NCBI GenBank assembly: GCA_036000705.1
Contig: DASYUY010000031.1
Span: forward strand, 394-64,393
Source: Candidatus Limnocylindria bacterium
GTDB taxonomy: Bacteria; Chloroflexota; Limnocylindria; P2-11E
Length of the DNA stretch: 64,000 nt
Direction: 5' to 3'
Positions 47,674 through 56,796 of this stretch are shown in pieces. Within the stretch, counting starts at the first letter, position 1. Every line of letters begins with the position of its first letter. The position numbers and the translations under genes were made by a program. The notes beneath the pieces were generated by a model. The model made no database searches, was not told the origin of the DNA, and was given only the letters and a program-made list of their open reading frames with translations.

Positions 47674-48041
47674 CACGCCTGCCGGGTGATGCCGACACGA
47701 TCCGGGGCATGGTCCCCGCCGCCCGCGATGCCTGGCGCGAGATCGCCGACAACGTGCTCCGCACCGGCATCGTGGATCAGGGCCTCAAGGAGCTCTGTTT
47801 CCGCCACCTCGCGGGCGACCCCGACACGATGGATCACGGCCGCTTCGGACCGCGCGAGGGCACCGCGCTGCGGTGGGCCGACGCGATCGCACACGACTCG
47901 GGTCGCGCCGATGACGCATTGTGGACGCTCCTGCACGCTCACTTCAGCGAGCCGGAGCTGGTCGACCTCGGATGTGCGATCGGCTTCGAGCTCGGCCAGC
48001 AGCACTGGCGGCGCACGCTGGGATTGCCCGCGCGCGACTGA
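47670..48041 (+). CDS. CMD/AhpD-like paralog lacking the CxxC motif
   Basis: GTGA overlap with the upstream stop. 'GLKELCFRHLAG' and 'ALWTLLHAHFSEPELVDLGCAIG' parallel the upstream gene. Confidence 0.55.
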   Translation: MTRLPGDADTIRGMVPAARDAWREIADNVLRTGIVDQGLKELCFRHLAGDPDTMDHGRFGPREGTALRWADAIAHDSGRADDALWTLLHAHFSEPELVDLGCAIGFELGQQHWRRTLGLPARD

Positions 48042-48050
48042 GGCCCGCCG

Positions 48051-48722
48051 TCAGCCGTGGATCTCCTTGCGCAGGCGCTCCGGGGAGAGCACGTCGACGT
48101 GGCGGCGCGCGACGCGGATGAGCCCGCGGTGCTCGAAATCGGCGAGGACCTTGTTGACCGTTACCCGCGTGGAGCCCACCGCGGCCGCGATCTCGTCCTG
48201 TGTGAGCGTGAGCGCGTGCGGGTCGGGCTGCCCGTCGCCGGAATCCAGGATGTACTTCGCCAGGCGGCTTGGGACGTCGAGAAGCATCACGTCCTCGAGC
48301 GCCTGCGTCAGCTTCTCGACGCGCGCTTCGAACATCTCGAACGCCCGGTACAGGATCCGCGGGTTGCGCTCGAGCATGCGCGCGCAGGTTTCGCCGAGAA
48401 GCTGGATCGTGGCGGCGTTGGTCGTCGCGATCGCGGTCGTCGGCCGTGGTCGCCCGAAGATCGCCGACTGACCGAGAACGCCGCCCCGCTCGAGGACCCA
48501 GAGGAGCACCTCGCGGCCTTCGATGTCCTCGCGCACGAGCTTCACCGCTCCCTCGACGACGATGTGGAGATCGCGCGCGGGATCCCCGCGGTGGTAGATC
48601 ACTTCATCTCGCTCGAAACGGCGCAGCTTCGCCTGCGCGAGCAACTCGGTGAGCTGCGCGTCGGTAAGCTCGTTCACCGGGAGGACGTCGGCAAGGCTTC
48701 GCGCGACGGCGATCAGTTCCAT
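48051..48722 (-). CDS. Crp/Fnr family transcriptional regulator
   Basis: cNMP-binding beta-roll 'IYHRGDPARDLHIVVEGAVKL'. C-terminal HTH 'LTQDEIAAAVGSTRVTVNKVLADF'. Confidence 0.85.
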   Translation of the reverse strand: MELIAVARSLADVLPVNELTDAQLTELLAQAKLRRFERDEVIYHRGDPARDLHIVVEGAVKLVREDIEGREVLLWVLERGGVLGQSAIFGRPRPTTAIATTNAATIQLLGETCARMLERNPRILYRAFEMFEARVEKLTQALEDVMLLDVPSRLAKYILDSGDGQPDPHALTLTQDEIAAAVGSTRVTVNKVLADFEHRGLIRVARRHVDVLSPERLRKEIHG

Positions 48723-48755
48723 GCGACGCTCAGGCTACGCCGCCAGGCAAGCGAG

Positions 48756-50435
48756 TTAGCGAAGGACGACCAGCTGGCGGCCAAAGGTCATCGCGTCGGC
48801 GATCCTGTCGTTCTCGCGGTGATCCCAGGGCACCGCAACGAGCGCCGGCCCGCCCAGGTCCAGTGCGTGGCGGAGCGTCGGTAGCAGGTCCTTCGCGCTC
48901 TCGACCGCGTAGCCGGCGACCCCGAAGGCGCGGGCGAGCTGAACGAAGTCAGGGTTGCCGAACTCCGTGGCGAAGACGCGCCCGAACTGGCGCTTCTCAT
49001 TCACCTCGATGACGCCGAGCCGGTCGTCGACGAGCACGACGATGACGATCGCGGTGCCCAAGCGCTTGGCGGTCTCGAGCTCCTGCACGTTCATGAGGAA
49101 TCCACCGTCACCGCTGAATGCGACCACCTTGCGGTCGGGATGCACGAGCTTCGCGGCGATCGCCCCCGGCAGCGCGATGCCCATCGAGGCGAGGCCGTTG
49201 GAGATCACGACGGTGTTCGGACGCTCGGTCGGGAAGAGCCGGGCGAGCCAGACCTTGTGCGCGCCGACATCGCTGACCACGATGTCGTCTGCGCCCAGAG
49301 CCTCGCGCAGATCGGCGACGACCGCGCTAGGTGGCAGGGGCACCGGGATGTCCTCGACCGGCTTCGAGCGTGCGGATCCCACGACCCACTGGCGATCTTC
49401 GCGCGGCCTCACGGCCTCCGCGAGCGCGGCCAGCGACTCGTCGAGCTCGCCGATGACCTCGATCGATGGCTGGTAGTGCCCATCCAGCTCCGCGGCGGTG
49501 CTGTCGATGTGCACGACGATCTTGTCGCGCTTCGGGTTCCACAGCACCGGCGCCCACTCGACGAGGTCGTAGCCAATCGCGATCACGACGTCCGCGTCGG
49601 CGAGCACCTTCACGTTGGCGAGATCCGCGCCCGGTCGCTGCAGGCCGACCGGCGGCAGCGAGTGTTGCCCCAGAGGATCGAGGACACCCTTGGCCATGTA
49701 TGTGTGCGTCGCCCAGATCCGGCTGCGTTGGACGAATCGGCGCAGCGCGTCGACGGTGGGATTGCCGACGGCGTGGCGGCGCGTGACGCCGTTGCCCGCG
49801 AGGATCACCGGCATCGTCGCGCCGTTGATGATCTCGGCCGCGCGATCGATGGCCTCCCGCTGCGCCTTTGGATAGGACGTTCGCCGCACCTCGAGTGGCG
49901 CCGAACGCACCTCTTCTTTCGCCACGTCCTCAGGCAGCTCGATGTGCGTCGCGCCTGGTTTCTCGATGCGCGCCAAGCGGAACGCCTTGCGGACGACCTC
50001 GGGCACGGATTCCGGGACCGCGACGCGCGTGCTCCACTTCGTCACTGGCGCGAACATCTGAACGACGTCGATGTACTGATGCGATTCGAGGTGAACGCGC
50101 TCGAGCCCCGCCTGCCCCGTGATCGCGACCAGCGGCGCTCGATCGAGCTGCGCGTCGGCGACCCCGGTCAGCAGGTTCGTCGCGCCGGGGCCGAGCGTCG
50201 CGAGGCACACGCCGGGGAACGACGAGAGTCGGCCGTACACGTCGGCCATGAACGCGGCGGCCTGCTCGTGACGGGTGAGGACGAACTGGACCTTGTCGCT
50301 GTCCTCGAGCGCAGCGCCCAGATCGAGGGTCTCCTCGCCGGGGATGCCGAAAACGTAACGCACGCCCTCGTTCTCGAGGCAGCGAACGAGAAGCTGCGCG
50401 ACGTTCATGTGGGGAACACGCTCATTGTGCGCCAC
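48756..50435 (-). CDS. TPP-dependent enzyme, acetolactate synthase-like
   Basis: 'GVRYVFGIPGEETL', 'HEQAAAFMADVYGR', 'FSGDGGFLMNVQELETA'. Alternative start at 'MNVAQLL', 50408. Confidence 0.85.
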   Translation of the reverse strand: MAHNERVPHMNVAQLLVRCLENEGVRYVFGIPGEETLDLGAALEDSDKVQFVLTRHEQAAAFMADVYGRLSSFPGVCLATLGPGATNLLTGVADAQLDRAPLVAITGQAGLERVHLESHQYIDVVQMFAPVTKWSTRVAVPESVPEVVRKAFRLARIEKPGATHIELPEDVAKEEVRSAPLEVRRTSYPKAQREAIDRAAEIINGATMPVILAGNGVTRRHAVGNPTVDALRRFVQRSRIWATHTYMAKGVLDPLGQHSLPPVGLQRPGADLANVKVLADADVVIAIGYDLVEWAPVLWNPKRDKIVVHIDSTAAELDGHYQPSIEVIGELDESLAALAEAVRPREDRQWVVGSARSKPVEDIPVPLPPSAVVADLREALGADDIVVSDVGAHKVWLARLFPTERPNTVVISNGLASMGIALPGAIAAKLVHPDRKVVAFSGDGGFLMNVQELETAKRLGTAIVIVVLVDDRLGVIEVNEKRQFGRVFATEFGNPDFVQLARAFGVAGYAVESAKDLLPTLRHALDLGGPALVAVPWDHRENDRIADAMTFGRQLVVLR

Positions 50436-50472
50436 GCGTCCCGCGAGCGGAAGACTGTTTTTCGCATGACGT

Positions 50473-50491
50473 GCGGCGCATGATGCGCCGC
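50473..50491. promoter_or_regulatory. 19-bp perfect palindrome gcggcgcat-g-atgcgccgc abutting GTG 50494
   Basis: 9+1+9 perfect inverted repeat in the divergent region between the ALS-like gene and the P-loop gene. Confidence 0.35.
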
Positions 50492-50493
50492 TC

Positions 50494-51147
50494 GTGGACG
50501 ACGTGCGTGACCGGCTGTCCCACGTGCTGTGGGTCGGCGGTGGACCTCAGGCGGGAAAGAGCACGCTGTCGCGTCTGCTCGCGGGGAAGTGGGACCTGAA
50601 GGTCTACAACCTCGACTGGCACTCAGTGCGCGAGCACGGCCTGCGTCCCAGCGAAGGCGTCGCGGCATTCCAGCGGCTGTCGATGGACGAGCGCTGGGCG
50701 ACGCCGAGCGCCGAAGCCCTCCTCGAGCGCTCGGTCGCGCTGTGGGATGAGGGATTCCCGCTCGTGCTGGAAGACCTGCTCGCACTGCCGCGGTCGCGGA
50801 CGATCGTCGCGGAGGGTCCGGGCGCGTTCCCGTGGCTCGTGGCCCCGGTGATCAGCTCACCACGGCAGGCGATCTTCCTCGTCCCGACGCCCGAGCGCCG
50901 CGAGATCGTCGCCGCGCGACGCTGGGGCGCTGGTCAGGTCGAGCGATTCCCGGGCATCGTCGCGCGCGAGCGCGCGCTCGCCAACCTCGGCGCGCGCGAC
51001 GTGCTCCTCGACGCACGTATCAGGTCGTCGTGCGCCGAGCTCGGGCTTCGCTGCGAAGTGATGGATGGATCGCGCGATCTCGACGCGAGCCTCGCGCTGC
51101 TGGAGGACCACTTCGGCGAGCACCTGCCCGCGACGCCCAATGTCTGA
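50494..51147 (+). CDS. P-loop NTPase / kinase-like protein
   Basis: Walker A 'GGGPQAGKST'. About 217 aa. Confidence 0.55.
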   Translation: MDDVRDRLSHVLWVGGGPQAGKSTLSRLLAGKWDLKVYNLDWHSVREHGLRPSEGVAAFQRLSMDERWATPSAEALLERSVALWDEGFPLVLEDLLALPRSRTIVAEGPGAFPWLVAPVISSPRQAIFLVPTPERREIVAARRWGAGQVERFPGIVARERALANLGARDVLLDARIRSSCAELGLRCEVMDGSRDLDASLALLEDHFGEHLPATPNV

Positions 51148-51190
51148 GCGCTACTGCGACGTGCAGATGAAGGGCGGCGACACCGCCCGA

Positions 51191-52606
51191 TCACTCGGAC
51201 TGCGGGCTGGCCGGCTTCTGAGAACCCTCACCGATCCAGATCGTCTGGATGTTCACGAACTCGTGGATGCCGAATGACGAGAGTTCGCGCCCATAGCCGC
51301 TGCGCTTGACGCCGCCGAAGGGCAGGCGCGGGTCGGAAGCCACCATCCCGTTGACGAAGACCGCGCCTGACTCGATCTTCCGCGCGAGCGCCTCGCCCAG
51401 CTTCAGGTCGCGCGTCCAGACGCTCGCTCCCAGCCCATAGGCGGAATCGTTGGCGACGCGCACCGCATCGTCGGCGTCCAGGACGCGCAGGACCGCGGCC
51501 ACCGGTCCGAAGGTCTCCTCCTTGAAGACGGGCATGTCCTCGGTCACGTCGGCGAGGACGGTCGGCTGGTAGTACCAGCCTTTGCCTGGACCGCGTTCGC
51601 CGCCGGTGAGCACGCGCGCACCCATGCCCACGGACTCGCGCACCTGGCGCTCGAGCGTGTCCCGCAGGTCCGCGCGCGCGAGCGGCCCGATCTGCGTTTT
51701 CGGGTCGAGCGGGTCGCCCATGCGCAGCGCCTCGACCTCCGCGGCGAAACGCCTCTCGAAGTCGGGCGCGACCCGCTCCACCGCGATGAAGCGCTTCGCG
51801 GCGATGCACGACTGCCCGTTGTTCTGGTTGCGTGCGCGCGCCCCGACCCTCGCGGCGGTCTCGAGGTCCGCGTCCGCGAGGACGATGTACGGGTCGGATC
51901 CGCCCAGCTCCAGCACGCTCTTCTTGAGCGCTTGGCCGGCGAGCGCCGCGATCCGCGAGCCGGTGTCGGAGCTCCCGGTCAGCGTCACGGCGCGGATGCG
52001 CGGGTCGGCGATGAGCGGTTCGACCTGCGACCCGGCAAGAAGCACGGTCCGCAACAGCCCCTCTGGGAAGCCGGCGTCGCGGATCACCTCTTCGATCGCG
52101 AGCGCGCATTGCGGGACGTTCGAGGCATGCTTCAGCACCGCGGCGTTGCCGGCCATGAGCGCCGGCGCGCCGAAACGGATCACCTGCCAGAACGGGAAGT
52201 TCCAGGGCATGACCGCGAGGACGATGCCGAGGGGCTCGAAGGCCACGATGCTGCGCCGGGCATCCGTCTCGATGACCTCGTCCGCGAGGTAGCGCGCGGC
52301 GTTGTCGGCGTAGTGCTCGCAGCCCCAGGCGCACTTCTCGATCTCGGCCTTGGCCTCGGCGATCGGCTTCCCCATCTCGATGGTGATCAGCCGTCCGTAG
52401 CGGTCGGCACGCTCGCGCAGCAGCGACGCAAGGCGGCGCATCGGCGCCGCGCGTTCGGCGAGGGAGCGGTCCCGCCAGGCGAGGAACGCGTCCTGTGCCT
52501 CGTTCAGCGCACGGTCCACCTGCTCGGGTGTGAACGGGTCGAACCGCGCCAGGACCTCCTCGGTGGCGGGGTTGACGCTCGTGATCGGCGAAAGCGTCGT
52601 GCTCAT
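51191..52606 (-). CDS. NAD(P)-dependent aldehyde dehydrogenase, succinate-semialdehyde DH-like
   Basis: From 'MSTTLSPITSVNPATEEV'. 'VLELGGSDP', 'NNGQSCIAAKR', 'EETFGPV'. ATGA overlap with the upstream DLH stop. Confidence 0.9.
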   Translation of the reverse strand: MSTTLSPITSVNPATEEVLARFDPFTPEQVDRALNEAQDAFLAWRDRSLAERAAPMRRLASLLRERADRYGRLITIEMGKPIAEAKAEIEKCAWGCEHYADNAARYLADEVIETDARRSIVAFEPLGIVLAVMPWNFPFWQVIRFGAPALMAGNAAVLKHASNVPQCALAIEEVIRDAGFPEGLLRTVLLAGSQVEPLIADPRIRAVTLTGSSDTGSRIAALAGQALKKSVLELGGSDPYIVLADADLETAARVGARARNQNNGQSCIAAKRFIAVERVAPDFERRFAAEVEALRMGDPLDPKTQIGPLARADLRDTLERQVRESVGMGARVLTGGERGPGKGWYYQPTVLADVTEDMPVFKEETFGPVAAVLRVLDADDAVRVANDSAYGLGASVWTRDLKLGEALARKIESGAVFVNGMVASDPRLPFGGVKRSGYGRELSSFGIHEFVNIQTIWIGEGSQKPASPQSE

Positions 52607-53298
52607 CAGGCCACGTTGCTCTTCAGGAAGGGCAGGATCTTGCTCCAGGCATCCTTCGCGTCGTTGGGGCGGTAGGCATCCCTCCGCTGCTCGTTCAAGA
52701 ACGCGTGGTCCGCCTCCGGATAGATGAACTTCGTGAGCGGCACACGGGCTTCCTTGGCCGCCTTCTCGAGGCTCGCGATGGCTTCGGCATTCGCGGAGTG
52801 GTCCTTGCCGCCGAAGATGCCGAGCAGCGGGATGCCGCGCATCGGCTTGAGGTCGGGGACGCGCTGGCCCACACCGTAGCAATCCACGACCGCGGCGACC
52901 TTGTCGGGCGCGACGCTCCCGACGAGGATCGCGACGAAGCCGCCCATGCAGAAGCCGATGGCGCCGACCTTGTTGCTGGTGACCGCGGGATGCTTGCTGA
53001 GGTACTCGGCCGCGGCCTTCGCATCCTTCGCGGCGGTGTTCGCCTGGAAGAACTCCATCATCAGCTTCTGGGCGTCGTTCGGCTCACCGATCTTCGCGCC
53101 CTTCCCGTGATAGAAGTCCGGGGCGAGCGCCACGAAGCCCTCGCGAGCGAACATGTCCGCGACGCCCTTCACCTGGTCGTTGAGTCCCCACCATTCCTGG
53201 ATGACGATCACACCCGGTCCCTTGCCGGAGGGTGGTGTCGCCACGTAACCCTCGGCGGTGCCGCCGTTCGCCGGAAACTGCACCATCTGACCAGGCAT
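52606..53298 (-). CDS. dienelactone hydrolase family protein
   Basis: 'VIVIQEWWGLNDQVKGVADMFAREGFVALAPDFYHG', 'GFCMGG'. Confidence 0.85.
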   Translation of the reverse strand: MPGQMVQFPANGGTAEGYVATPPSGKGPGVIVIQEWWGLNDQVKGVADMFAREGFVALAPDFYHGKGAKIGEPNDAQKLMMEFFQANTAAKDAKAAAEYLSKHPAVTSNKVGAIGFCMGGFVAILVGSVAPDKVAAVVDCYGVGQRVPDLKPMRGIPLLGIFGGKDHSANAEAIASLEKAAKEARVPLTKFIYPEADHAFLNEQRRDAYRPNDAKDAWSKILPFLKSNVA

Positions 53299-54198
53299 CT
53301 ACGTCCTCCCCTGGACACGATTTCGCAGCACGCCTATTCCGTCGATCTCGACCTCGACGACGTCGCCCGGCTTCATGAACTCGGGTGGCTTGCGCGCGAA
53401 GCCCACGCCCTCGGGCGTGCCGGTGATCATGATGTCACCGGCCTCGAGTCGGCAGCCTGCCGAGAACTCGCTGATCAGGCGTGGGATCTTGAAGACCATG
53501 AAGCGCGTGTTCGAGTCCTGTTTCGTCACACCATTCACGCGCGTCTGCACGCGCAGCGCTGACGGGTCCAGCTCATCGGCGGTCACGATCCATGGACCCA
53601 TCGGCAGGTGCGTGTCGAAGTTCTTGCCCTTGAACCATTGACCTCCGTGGCGGCGCTGCACATCCCGCACCGAGACGTCGTTCGCGCAGGTGTAGCCGAA
53701 CACGTGCTCCATCGCGCGGCCCTCGGCGATATCGCGCCCCGGACGCCCGACGATGACGGCCAGCTCGACCTCCCAGTCGAGCTGCTCGGAGTGCGGCGCG
53801 GGGAAGAGCACCGCGGAGTCCGGGCCGGTCACGGCCGCGGGATTCTTGGAGAAGAGCGCCGGGTACTCGGGGATCTCCTGCCGGCCCGGCGCTCCCTGGG
53901 CGGCGCGAAGATTCGCGCCCTCCTGGAAGTGCTCGGAGTAGTTCCAGCCGACGCAGAAGACGTTCCGGCGGGGCACGGGGATCGGCGCGAGGAGCGTCGC
54001 CTTCGACAGGTTGATACCGCCGCGGGCGCGCTGTGCGGCGTCTCCGATCCCTTTGCGGAATCCCTCGAACTGCTCGATCACGCGCAACATATCGATCGGC
54101 CCGCCGGGAACGAGATCGCGGATCGCCACGATCGTGCCGTCCGACACGAATGTTCCGGCGCGCGGACCGTCGTCGGACTGAAACGTGATGAGGCGCAT
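53299..54198 (-). CDS. fumarylacetoacetate hydrolase (FAH) family protein
   Basis: 'CVGWNYSEH', 'EVELAVIVG', 'GKNFDTHLPMGPW', 'GDIMITGTPEGVG'. Confidence 0.85.
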   Translation of the reverse strand: MRLITFQSDDGPRAGTFVSDGTIVAIRDLVPGGPIDMLRVIEQFEGFRKGIGDAAQRARGGINLSKATLLAPIPVPRRNVFCVGWNYSEHFQEGANLRAAQGAPGRQEIPEYPALFSKNPAAVTGPDSAVLFPAPHSEQLDWEVELAVIVGRPGRDIAEGRAMEHVFGYTCANDVSVRDVQRRHGGQWFKGKNFDTHLPMGPWIVTADELDPSALRVQTRVNGVTKQDSNTRFMVFKIPRLISEFSAGCRLEAGDIMITGTPEGVGFARKPPEFMKPGDVVEVEIDGIGVLRNRVQGRT

Positions 54199-54207
54199 GC
54201 CGCGAGC

Positions 54208-55113
54208 CTAGGGTGTGCGGCCGTGCGCGCGCAGCATGCGCCGGGCACGGTCGACGACTGGCGCGTCGAGCATTTGACCCTCGAGTGCGACCGCGCCGAC
54301 CCCACGCCGGATGCCGTCGTCGTACGCCGCGACGACCCGACGCGCGTGCTCGATCTCCTCTGGCGCTGGGCTGAAGATCCGGTTCACGGTCTCGATCTGG
54401 TCGGGATGGACCAGCGTCTTACCGGCGAATCCGAGGCGACGGGCGCGCAGGCTGTCGGCACGCAGGCCGGCGATGTCGCTGATGTCCGGAAAGATGCCGT
54501 CGAACGCAAGGCGGTGGGCGGCGGCGGCCGCGACGACCGTGGCGGAGCGCGCATACAGGAGATCGAGCGCTTCACCCTCGCGCGTCGTGGGCAATCCGAG
54601 ATCGAGCGCGTAGTCTTCGGATCCGAACGCGAGGCCCATGACACGATCCGACGCGCGCGCGATGCTCGGCGCTTCGAGCAGCGCGGCGGCGCTCTCGATC
54701 GACGGGACGATCCGGACCGTACGCGCTGCGAGCTTCGCGTCACGCTCGCGCGCGTCGAGCTCCTCCGCGAGCCACGCCACCTCGTCCGCACGACGCACCT
54801 TCGGCGCCATGAGCCCGTCCAGACCGGGCCGCACGATCGCGTCGAGATCCGACGCACCGTCATCGCTGAGCGCCCGCCGGATGCGGACATACCGCAGCGG
54901 ACCGGCGCCGCCCTGCGAGCGCCGGCCGAGAGCGTCGGCGACGATCCGGCACGCCTCGGCTTTCGACCCCGCCGGGACGCCGTCCTCGAGGTCGAGGATC
55001 GCGACGTCGAGCGGCCCGACGCGAAACTCTCCGAGGCCGAGGGCACGCTGCACCATTCGCTCGCGGTGGCCCGGCACGAACATCAGCGAGCGCATCGGGC
55101 GCCTCTCGTCCAT
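54208..55113 (-). CDS. HpcH/HpaI aldolase / CitE-like acyl-CoA lyase
   Basis: 'SLMFVPG', 'ILDLEDGV', 'PSIESAAAL', 'FGSEDYALDLG', 'LVHPDQIETVN'. ATGA overlap with the ACAD stop. Confidence 0.85.
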   Translation of the reverse strand: MDERRPMRSLMFVPGHRERMVQRALGLGEFRVGPLDVAILDLEDGVPAGSKAEACRIVADALGRRSQGGAGPLRYVRIRRALSDDGASDLDAIVRPGLDGLMAPKVRRADEVAWLAEELDARERDAKLAARTVRIVPSIESAAALLEAPSIARASDRVMGLAFGSEDYALDLGLPTTREGEALDLLYARSATVVAAAAAHRLAFDGIFPDISDIAGLRADSLRARRLGFAGKTLVHPDQIETVNRIFSPAPEEIEHARRVVAAYDDGIRRGVGAVALEGQMLDAPVVDRARRMLRAHGRTP

Positions 55114-56279
55114 CAGTACGACCGCGGCATGCCGAGAACGTTCTGCCCCAGGTAGGCGAGCACGAGGTTGTTGCTGACCGGCGCGGTCAGCAGCAGCCTC
55201 GTTTCGCGGAATTTGCGTTCGACGTCGAACTCGCGGGCGAATCCGTAGCCGCCGTACGCGTCCATCGCGGCATTGGCCGCTTCCCACGCGGCCTGCGACG
55301 CGAGAAGCTTCGCCATGTTCGCTTCCGCGCCGCACTTGCGACCGCCGTCGAACAGCCACGCGGCCTTGTCACGCATGAGCGACGCAGCCTCGAGCCGGGC
55401 GTGCGCCTGAGCGATCGGGAACTGTACGCCCTGGTTCGCGCCGATCGGCCGTCCGAAGACGACGCGCTCGGACGCGTATCTCGCCGCGCGCGCGACGAAC
55501 CAGCGCCCGTCGCCCAGCGACTCGGACGCGATGAGGATCCGCTCCGCGTTCCAGCTGTCGATGATGTGGCGAAAGCCCTGGCCTTCCGTTCCGACGAGGT
55601 CGTCGGCCGCGACCTCGAGCTCGTCGATGAAAAGCTCGGTGGTGTGATGGTTGAGCATCGTGTCGATCGGGCGCACGACGATCCGCTTGCGATCGATCGC
55701 CCCCTTGAGATCCACGATGAATACCGACAGCCCCTGTGTCTTGTCGGTCACGTCCTCGTAGGGCGTCGTCCTGGCAAGCAACAGCAGGAGATCCGAGTGC
55801 TGCGCGCGCGAGATGAATATCTTCTTTCCGCTGATCACCCAGCGCTCTCCGCGGCGCACCGCCGTCGTCTTGATGCGCGTCGTTTCGGATCCCGCCTCGG
55901 GCTCGGTCACGCCGAAGGCCTGAAGCCGCAGGTCGCCCTTCGCGAGGCGCGGGAGATATCGCCGCTTCTGGTCCGGGCTGCCATGACGGAGGACCGTGCC
56001 CATCGTGTACATCTGGGCGTGCGCAACGGCCGCATTGCCACCGGATGCGTTGATCTCCTCGATGATGATCGCGGCTTCGGACAGTCCCAGCCCGGCGCCG
56101 CCGTACTCCGTCGGGATGAGCACCGCGAGCCAGCCGGCGTCCGTGAGCGCGCGCACGAACGCGTCGGGATACTCGCTCTTGCGATCAAGGTCGCGCCAGT
56201 ACTCGTCCGGGAACCGCGCGCAGAGGGAGCGCACCGCCGAGCGGATCGACTCCTGCTCGTCGGTCCGGCCGAAGTCCAT
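55113..56279 (-). CDS. acyl-CoA dehydrogenase
   Basis: From 'MDFGRTDEQESIR'. 'GVTEPEAGSE', 'DAYGGYGFAREFDVERKFRE'. Confidence 0.9.
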   Translation of the reverse strand: MDFGRTDEQESIRSAVRSLCARFPDEYWRDLDRKSEYPDAFVRALTDAGWLAVLIPTEYGGAGLGLSEAAIIIEEINASGGNAAVAHAQMYTMGTVLRHGSPDQKRRYLPRLAKGDLRLQAFGVTEPEAGSETTRIKTTAVRRGERWVISGKKIFISRAQHSDLLLLLARTTPYEDVTDKTQGLSVFIVDLKGAIDRKRIVVRPIDTMLNHHTTELFIDELEVAADDLVGTEGQGFRHIIDSWNAERILIASESLGDGRWFVARAARYASERVVFGRPIGANQGVQFPIAQAHARLEAASLMRDKAAWLFDGGRKCGAEANMAKLLASQAAWEAANAAMDAYGGYGFAREFDVERKFRETRLLLTAPVSNNLVLAYLGQNVLGMPRSY

Positions 56280-56281
56280 CG

Positions 56282-56761
56282 CTACTCGCGCGGCTCGGGG
56301 AAGTGTGGCCTCGGCGCATTCGCGCGCGTCGGGACCATGAACGTGCGCGTGGCGATCAGCACGACGGTGCCATCCTGTTTGATGCCGCGCTGGCGCACCG
56401 TGACGATGCCCCACCCCGGGCGCGAGCGCGAGACGCGTGCCTCGAGCACTTCGGTGTCGGCGTAGAGCGTGTCGCCTTCGAACAACGGATGCGGCAGCGT
56501 GACCTCACCGACCCCGAGGGCGAATCCCCAGCGGCTCGTCGTTGCGACCATCAGGCCGGCGACGGTCGCGAGCGTGAGGAAGCTGTTCACCAGCGGACGT
56601 TTGAACTCGGTCTGCGCCGCGTAGTGCGCGTTGACGTGGATCTCGTTGGTGTTGTTGGTGAGGAGCGAGAACTGGATGTTGTCGGCCTGGGTGATCGTGC
56701 GACCGATCGATGAACGGAAGGTGGCACCGACACTGAATTCTTCAAAGAACGGGCCGTCCAC
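56282..56761 (-). CDS. MaoC-like (R)-hydratase / dehydratase
   Basis: 'TITQADNIQFSLLTNNTNEIHVNAHYAAQTEF' hot-dog hydratase motif. Confidence 0.85.
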   Translation of the reverse strand: MDGPFFEEFSVGATFRSSIGRTITQADNIQFSLLTNNTNEIHVNAHYAAQTEFKRPLVNSFLTLATVAGLMVATTSRWGFALGVGEVTLPHPLFEGDTLYADTEVLEARVSRSRPGWGIVTVRQRGIKQDGTVVLIATRTFMVPTRANAPRPHFPEPRE

Positions 56762-56796
56762 GCGGGCGATACTGCCACGCGTGGTCCGGACGGGGG

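Noticed and set aside
48051-50493. A Crp/Fnr-type binding box near the Crp/Fnr regulator and the ALS-like gene.
   Set aside because: I could not find a TGTGA-N6-TCACA or TTGAT-N4-ATCAA-like site by eye in the flanking intergenic regions. The 19-bp palindrome at 50473 does not match these consensus sequences.
51172-51188. Short hairpin gggcgg-cgaca-ccgccc between convergent genes (50494..51147 and 51191..52606) as a terminator.
   Set aside because: It has only a 6-bp stem and no U-tract on either strand, so it cannot be told apart from chance GC-rich complementarity.
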